Virus record (IMG/VR): IMGVR_UViG_3300031965_000022
Span: 1-64,000 of that record
DNA: 64,000 nt
Source: a virus
Strand: one strand, 5' to 3'
The stretch's first letter is position 1, and each line of letters starts with the position of its first letter. The notes under the pieces were generated by a model that was given only the letters and a program-made list of their open reading frames with translations, searched no databases and was not told where the DNA came from. The position numbers and the translations under genes are program-made. Positions 59,241-64,000 of this stretch are shown here, in pieces.

Positions 59241-59408
59241 TTACCCCGACCGCGACCGCGACCCCGACCCCGGCCCCGACCACGACCACGACCGCGACCG
59301 CGACCGCGACCACGACCCCGACCCCGACCACGACCGCGACCACGACCGCGACCACGACCACGACCCCGACCGCGACCACGACCACTTCTGCCTCTTTCCT
59401 CTACGCAT
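59241..59408 (-). CDS. 55-aa basic leader plus (Ser-Xaa)23 repeat peptide, Xaa = Trp/Arg/Gly
   Basis: ATG 59408 six nt after AGGGGG and 10 nt after the upstream TAA; MRRGKRQK then WSWSRSGSWSWSRSWSRSWSGSGSWSRSRSRSWSWSGPGSGSRSRSG; followed by the SD of the next gene. Confidence 0.45.
   Translation of the reverse strand: MRRGKRQKWSWSRSGSWSWSRSWSRSWSGSGSWSRSRSRSWSWSGPGSGSRSRSG
59244..59384. repeat. hexanucleotide tandem repeat (plus CCNCGA; minus TCG-NGG), ~23.5 units
   Basis: read directly; only one position of the hexamer varies (N = T/C/G on the minus strand), plus one T-to-C change. Confidence 0.95.
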
Positions 59409-59418
59409 CGCTACCCCC

Positions 59419-59778
59419 TTAACGCAACCCCTCATCTGTGGAGGGAGGTGTAGGCTCTGGCATCTTAAGGGCGCGGATTTTCCCAGCAAGTAACAACCGA
59501 TAAGAGTTCCCTTGGGGATTATCGGTATCACCAACGAACTTCGCCGCCGCCTCAATCGCGGCCTCCCAGGTCTCACGGCGGGCTTGAGCTTCGCGTACAA
59601 CCCAACCACTGTCAAAGGCATTCGTGACCTTCGCCTTCCAAGTTTCGTCACGTTCTTCGATGAGTTGCTGCCGCTTGTCGAGCAGTGAACGTAGCCATAC
59701 GCGGCAGCGGTTGGACACTGTGCAATCATTGTCCAGAGCCGCCTCGATCTTCCGCACCATCTCTTCAGTGACTTTCAT
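59419..59778 (-). CDS. hypothetical protein
   Basis: ATGA overlap with upstream stop. Confidence 0.6.
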   Translation of the reverse strand: MKVTEEMVRKIEAALDNDCTVSNRCRVWLRSLLDKRQQLIEERDETWKAKVTNAFDSGWVVREAQARRETWEAAIEAAAKFVGDTDNPQGNSYRLLLAGKIRALKMPEPTPPSTDEGLR

Positions 59779-59915
59779 TTCCGCTCCCTCGCATCCGTCA
59801 ATTGAAACTTGCCAATGAGAACGATGTTGGTAGTGAACTGATCCTCCGAGATGATCTGCAAGTATTCCTGCTTGCCGTCAGAAGTCTTGCTTAAGGTGAT
59901 CCTATACTGATTCAT
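59775..59915 (-). CDS. hypothetical small protein (46 aa)
   Basis: ATG 59915 in ATGA overlap; GGAGGAG SD. Confidence 0.45.
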   Translation of the reverse strand: MNQYRITLSKTSDGKQEYLQIISEDQFTTNIVLIGKFQLTDARERK

Positions 59916-60784
59916 GATTTCCGACTCCTCCCCACTGGCGCGACGCCCCGCTTTCGCCTTCGTCTCCATGCGCCCAGGGCGGCGAGGGCGAATTGCAGAC
60001 CCTCTCTATATGCCAACATTCGAGGCGTAGCCGTCTCATCTGTTAGCACATCATGCCACTGATCCAATTCCTCTCGAATCTTCCGCACGGCCTCGTCGTG
60101 GGCGGCTTCTGCCTTCTCTGCGCGATCAGCAAGCGTGAACACCTCCGCATCGGGCGCACCTGGATTTTGCCCGTGCCACTCACAAATCACCTTATCCGGC
60201 AGGTGGCAAGAGCACAGGGTTTCTTCTGCAATGTAGTACCACATTTGAAATTTATCCCGCTCGGCTTTCAGCGCTTGGCTATAGTTCGTGATCGCATCGG
60301 CCATGTCGGTAGAATCGTCCCGCCAGTCAGGAATCAGCGAGGAGAAATAGTGCCCTATCTTCTCAAGTTGCCCACAGTAGCGGTCCCGCTCGGCTTTCAG
60401 TGTCTCATCCTCGACTTGCACCGTAGCCAGCGCCTCATCGCGTTGTTTTAGCCATTCCTCCACTTGCAGCAAGTTGGCTTTCAGGGCATCCCGCTCCCGC
60501 TGGTAGCGGCAGGCGGAAGGATCGGGTTCCTCTGGCGGGAGCAGGGCCTCGACGGCTTCCTTCGCGGGCCAGCCGTGGTTAATTGGTCTCCCAATCACAG
60601 CCGCAATATCAGCCTCCCACTGCTCATGCTCTGCAATCATTTGGCAAACTGCCTTCCGCAGGGCGCGGAGTTCGGAGACAGCCTCCTTGCACTGTGACAT
60701 CTTTACAGCCCAGTATTCTCCATCTTCGAGTGCTTGGCAAATCTGATTCAGTTCTCGCTCGCTCAACGGTTGCGGTTCACTCAT
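59912..60784 (-). CDS. coiled-coil protein
   Basis: ORF 59912..60955 trimmed to ATG 60784 (AAAGGAG SD). Confidence 0.6.
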   Translation of the reverse strand: MSEPQPLSERELNQICQALEDGEYWAVKMSQCKEAVSELRALRKAVCQMIAEHEQWEADIAAVIGRPINHGWPAKEAVEALLPPEEPDPSACRYQRERDALKANLLQVEEWLKQRDEALATVQVEDETLKAERDRYCGQLEKIGHYFSSLIPDWRDDSTDMADAITNYSQALKAERDKFQMWYYIAEETLCSCHLPDKVICEWHGQNPGAPDAEVFTLADRAEKAEAAHDEAVRKIREELDQWHDVLTDETATPRMLAYREGLQFALAALGAWRRRRKRGVAPVGRSRKS

Positions 60785-60938
60785 TTCGCTCCTTTCAATC
60801 AGCCGCCGACCGGCGCATAGTGGCACTAGCCTTTCGGCCCCACAAGTTCTGCTAACCGGATCGGCGGCGTCACATCGCTGGCCCCTGGATGCCGGGGAAC
60901 GCGAAAGCCGCAGCGATGATCCCGATGATCTTTGCCCC

Positions 60939-61124
60939 TCACCGCAACCTCTCATCCAACCAATCCCGCACAGACCGCAGGCTCTCTAATGACATCTCCA
61001 CACCCAACCGCAAGTCCACCACCGTCTCTTCATCCAAGGGGTGCATCAACGCCTTTTGGTGCATCTGACACGCCTCTATCACCTCCCGCATAGTCCCCCT
61101 AATCGCAGCTTGGTCATCCGGCAT
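60939..61124 (-). CDS. hypothetical small protein
   Basis: ORF track. Confidence 0.5.
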   Translation of the reverse strand: MPDDQAAIRGTMREVIEACQMHQKALMHPLDEETVVDLRLGVEMSLESLRSVRDWLDERLR

Positions 61125-61163
61125 CCCGCACCTCCTGTTCCCTCAACTCATCCAGCAACCTAG

Positions 61164-61712
61164 TCATTGTACCCCCATTGCTAAGACTCGGCACACCAGC
61201 CCGCCGTACACCAGCCCACTGTCAAGTTCCACCCACAGGGAGGGCAGCAGCGTTGGGTTGTACGGATGCCCCTCGACCGGGTAGTGCCAATCCAACCACT
61301 GCTTTGCAAAAATAAAATGCGGATCGTCTGGGCCTCCGTGCCCAACAGCGGCGCTCTCCGCTAACGAGTTCCACCTATAGAGCATGTGACCGAGTTCGTG
61401 AAACACCACTCCCCGGCTCTCCTCCAATGATCCCACGTAACGCAAGGTCATAACGCCCAAGAAGTTTGAGAAGTTTCCGGCGCAGAGATAACCACCGCCA
61501 CACGGGAACGGCTCCTGCTCCTCAATTACTTTCAGCAGCCTTCCCAGACCAACAGTCTCTTCCAGCGTCTTTGGATCATTCGGCAGGCCGCGATAGAATC
61601 GTTCAACCGCCCGTGAATGCTCAACCTTCACAACCTGCGCTTGAAGATGCTCATAGACGGCGCACGGCTCAGGCGCGACAATCAAGAGGAAAAGTGGGAG
61701 GATGCAGTTCAT
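61164..61712 (-). CDS. putative secreted zinc metalloprotease (HExxH)
   Basis: VVFHELGHMLY motif; hydrophobic N-terminus MNCILPLFLLIVA. Confidence 0.6.
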   Translation of the reverse strand: MNCILPLFLLIVAPEPCAVYEHLQAQVVKVEHSRAVERFYRGLPNDPKTLEETVGLGRLLKVIEEQEPFPCGGGYLCAGNFSNFLGVMTLRYVGSLEESRGVVFHELGHMLYRWNSLAESAAVGHGGPDDPHFIFAKQWLDWHYPVEGHPYNPTLLPSLWVELDSGLVYGGLVCRVLAMGVQ

Positions 61713-61714
61713 AG

Positions 61715-62065
61715 TTACTCCGTAAACCGCCTCATCTCCAATTCCCGGTCAAACAGACGACTAAAAGCCTCACTGGCCTTGACGAAGTGATCTCTAAAGT
61801 GAAAGGAACCCCGGCGCAAAAGCACGTCCCGCTGCGTTATTTCCGAGTCTAACAAGTTCGCCTCTCGTATGCAAAGCATCTCATATCGGGTAAAACCGAT
61901 CTCATGCCTCAACCGCGCCGTGCTCAGCAACTTCAAATCTTCCGTCCCACCGTCTGGGCCGCGCAGCGCCGAAAGAATGTGCCATAAGTCCTGACAGTTA
62001 GCGGCATTGAGCCGCTGCACAACAAGATCAAGTACCTCTCTGTCAGTCATTTCAGCGCCGCTCAT
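61715..62065 (-). CDS. hypothetical protein
   Basis: ATG 62065 behind AAGAGG (62050 alternative). Confidence 0.55.
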   Translation of the reverse strand: MSGAEMTDREVLDLVVQRLNAANCQDLWHILSALRGPDGGTEDLKLLSTARLRHEIGFTRYEMLCIREANLLDSEITQRDVLLRRGSFHFRDHFVKASEAFSRLFDRELEMRRFTE

Positions 62066-62249
62066 CAATCACCGCCTCTTTCGCATCCCGCAGCGGCGCT
62101 TCCCGCAACCACCGCTGCCTCTCCTCTACCGCCAACTTCCGGGCGTGTTCGGCAGAGACGCAACTTATGACGCGGCTTATCAATGCGTGGGCGTAAAACG
62201 GCACTGCTACAGCACTCTGGACGACCCGGCCCCGGAAGGGCACAACCAA
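62052..62249 (-). CDS. doubtful ORF
   Basis: TTG start only, no SD. Confidence 0.3.
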   Translation of the reverse strand: MVVPFRGRVVQSAVAVPFYAHALISRVISCVSAEHARKLAVEERQRWLREAPLRDAKEAVIDERR

Positions 62250-62321
62250 GTCAAGATACTCCCCATCCTCTAGAATTTCTCCATCCTTGAGGCGAATGGC
62301 ACAACGCCAAACGGTACAGTT

Positions 62322-62495
62322 TTAGGTGTCCTTTAGTGCATCTACCTCATGCTCCTCTACCCTAGCGCCGTTGGCCCAATACTCCTCGGCCCGCTTTGCC
62401 TTTTCGATGTATTCTTGCGCTAGAGCCTCGGAGGAGAATACACCGTGGTATCTGAAGTCAGAATACTCTCCCGAACTGATGATGTAGACCTTCAT
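62322..62495 (-). CDS. hypothetical small protein
   Basis: ATG 62495 (MKVYIISS) in ATGA overlap with the nuclease stop. Confidence 0.5.
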   Translation of the reverse strand: MKVYIISSGEYSDFRYHGVFSSEALAQEYIEKAKRAEEYWANGARVEEHEVDALKDT

Positions 62496-63754
62496 TTCAA
62501 GCCCTCCTTCGGATGGTTCGCCACCCTTACCGGCCACCCGCTCGGGTCGGCCCCCGCGTGACAAATCGAAAAGGCGGGGCACCTACCGCCATACATCTTA
62601 ACACAATTCCCGTGGGCCGTGTGCTTCGGCCACTGAGACCTAAGATGCCGCTCTAGGGCCTCCGGGTTGCCCGCCCGCCGCAGCTTCTCCGCATCGATTG
62701 CAGCCCCGTCAAGGGCCGCAGCACGAGGTAGCCACATATCCACCCACTCTTCCATGAGGTAGTCACTGGGTCGCGCCATCGGCCCAAGGATTACATGATA
62801 ATCCTTGAGCAACTCCGGCTCCTCGGCACGGATGCGCTCAAAGTGGGCCGCTTGACCCCCCGGTTGATCCCGCACCGGCACCCGCTCAAAGTCATTGGGG
62901 AGCTTGTGCCACTTATCCCCCGTACACAGGTCTGGCTTCTTCTTGTGGGTGTTCTCGTGGGAAGCGTGACAGTGCCAGGACCGTTGTAGGAAGCTCTGGC
63001 CCGTCGCGGGGTTGCGAAAGTTCCACACCAACGGATGATCCTCCTTAACAAGAATCTGGTACACCACCCCCATGAATTGCTCCCCTAGGCGCTTCTCAGC
63101 GCCTAAAAGTTCGGTGAAGGTCTGGGCGTCGGTGTGCAGCGCTCGCTGACGGCACCCCCGGCACCACCCACATTTCCCACCTCCACACGCAGGGCCGCAG
63201 GACCGCCACGTCTTGAGGTTCCAGTTGTAGAGACCTGGGGCCACGGCCAAACCGTTGAGTGCCCGCCCCACAGGATCATGCACCGGGTCTGGGGCACGGG
63301 CGATCAGGTCGGAGCGGCTTTGGAAGCGGACCATTTCGTGATCGGCCTCAGTATGCTTATAACCCAATCCAGTGTGGAAGTCAAACACCTCTTCCCTCTC
63401 CACATCCTCCACCTTCCAGCCCCGTAGCACCGGCAGCCCCTCGGCCCACCACGTCCGCACCAACGCCGTCACGAGGTCGCGGTCGTCCTGGGACTCCAAG
63501 GTCGCGTACTCCGGGGAGGCAGCGGCAGCAGTTAACCCAAGAGCCAACAGGGAGTCCTGGTCAGGACCGAACTCCTGTTGGGCACGAAGTATCTGCTCCA
63601 CCGCTCCGTGGACCGCCGACCCAATGTTCAACGCCGTGGCGCTCATATCAAGGTCCAGCCCACCCTCCAGGACATACTCCAAGTAATACTTCCTGGGACA
63701 CGCCTGCCAAGACTCTAACTGCGACCGCGAGGTGTAGATCATATGGTGACTCAT
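62492..63754 (-). CDS. PD-(D/E)XK nuclease, Cas4/RecB-like with Cys cluster
   Basis: N-terminal SRSQLESWQACPRKYYLEY and C-terminal C-x8-C-x5-C resemble Fe-S Cas4/AddB-type nucleases; ATG 63754 behind AAGGAGGAG. Confidence 0.6.
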   Translation of the reverse strand: MSHHMIYTSRSQLESWQACPRKYYLEYVLEGGLDLDMSATALNIGSAVHGAVEQILRAQQEFGPDQDSLLALGLTAAAASPEYATLESQDDRDLVTALVRTWWAEGLPVLRGWKVEDVEREEVFDFHTGLGYKHTEADHEMVRFQSRSDLIARAPDPVHDPVGRALNGLAVAPGLYNWNLKTWRSCGPACGGGKCGWCRGCRQRALHTDAQTFTELLGAEKRLGEQFMGVVYQILVKEDHPLVWNFRNPATGQSFLQRSWHCHASHENTHKKKPDLCTGDKWHKLPNDFERVPVRDQPGGQAAHFERIRAEEPELLKDYHVILGPMARPSDYLMEEWVDMWLPRAAALDGAAIDAEKLRRAGNPEALERHLRSQWPKHTAHGNCVKMYGGRCPAFSICHAGADPSGWPVRVANHPKEGLK

Positions 63755-63987
63755 TGGTTCTCCTCCTTCAGAATACCCTCCAACCAATGCCGCATAAAAG
63801 CATAAAGGCGGTCACGGCCCAGGTTGCTTTTGGTGTTCAACCTACGGGCGAAGCTTGGATTCCGCTGCACCACATGATCTGCTCGTTGCACGAGCAAGGC
63901 GGCAAGGCGGTCCTGTACATCCGTGGGCCGTTCCCGTGTTCTCTCATCCCGCCCCACAACACAAGTAGCTACTACATGCGGGAGCAA
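63751..63987 (-). CDS. hypothetical protein (start uncertain, near the window edge)
   Basis: ORF track, TTG start; ATGA overlap downstream. Confidence 0.45.
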   Translation of the reverse strand: MLPHVVATCVVGRDERTRERPTDVQDRLAALLVQRADHVVQRNPSFARRLNTKSNLGRDRLYAFMRHWLEGILKEENQ

Positions 63988-64000
63988 CCCTGTGGAGGCC

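Noticed and set aside
59229-59400. Tandem repeat considered as a CRISPR array or satellite
   Set aside because: The unit is only 6 nt with no spacers, and it is in frame with an SD-ATG ORF. It is a coding microsatellite, not a CRISPR array.
58875-59453. Plus-strand 192-aa ORF giving a (Pro-Arg)n repeat, and the Thr/Ala and Val/Ala repeat frames
   Set aside because: The plus-strand ORF runs antisense through the well-supported gene 58950..59216 and has no SD. Only the minus-strand Ser-X frame has an SD, an ATG and operon context.
62644-63014. Additional motif-like sites inside the nuclease gene (N15 copy at 62644-62670; CAACCC-N14-GCTTC at 62990-63014)
   Set aside because: Their spacing or -10-like element deviates from the otherwise invariant pattern, and they are far from a start codon. 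They are noted as possible weak sites only.
1-64000. Searched by eye for reverse transcriptase (DGR/retron), CRISPR-Cas, toxin-antitoxin pairs, rRNA and further tRNAs
   Set aside because: None was found. Only one tRNA-like cloverleaf could be folded, and no RT motifs (YxDD) were seen in any sizeable ORF.

Overview
The whole 64-kb window is phage DNA, from a tailed dsDNA phage genome larger than the window. I saw no host genes, rRNA, CRISPR array, reverse transcriptase or convincing integrase. G+C is roughly 58-60% by eye, with some islands near 45%. There are three blocks. (i) 1-11005, minus strand: small regulatory and accessory genes, including a minimal ECF-like sigma factor, a metallophosphoesterase, a DUF4326-like protein, a clan-MH peptidase, a protein with a very Cys-rich tail, and a RecA/DnaB-like P-loop ATPase. 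(ii) 11022-43565, plus strand: packaging, virion and lysis genes. These include large terminase, a signal-peptide serine protease, an extra block of virion genes, one tRNA-Thr, portal-scaffold-major capsid, an M15 endolysin with an LL-H-like holin, a JAB/MPN protein, tail fibres, tubular-tail-like proteins and large internal (ejection-like) proteins. No tape measure is present, so the layout looks podovirus-like. (iii) 43636-64000, minus strand: replication, nucleotide metabolism and recombination. These include a UDG-like/3'-5' exo/family A DNA polymerase fusion, a mini-PRTase, HNH, an Rnl2-like ligase, dCMP deaminase, Dam, a second NPPY methyltransferase, two MazG-like proteins, an annealing-protein-like gene and a Cas4/RecB-like nuclease. 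Genes are densely packed and often translationally coupled through ATGA/GTGA/TAATG overlaps. Many plausible ORFs under 60 aa are missing from the supplied track. Findings I consider most worth follow-up: (1) a 25-nt bipartite motif, CAACCC-N14-GCATC, found at least 9 times exactly, always on the minus strand and always just upstream of an SD plus start codon, including the sigma gene itself; (2) a ~580-nt hairpin-rich non-coding region at 5421-6001; (3) a 141-nt hexanucleotide repeat that encodes a (Ser-Trp/Arg/Gly)n peptide with its own SD and ATG; (4) a repeated AAGGGGTTTC..GGTACGAAG element that can form alternative hairpins. All functional calls rest on motif recognition by eye. No database search was run.
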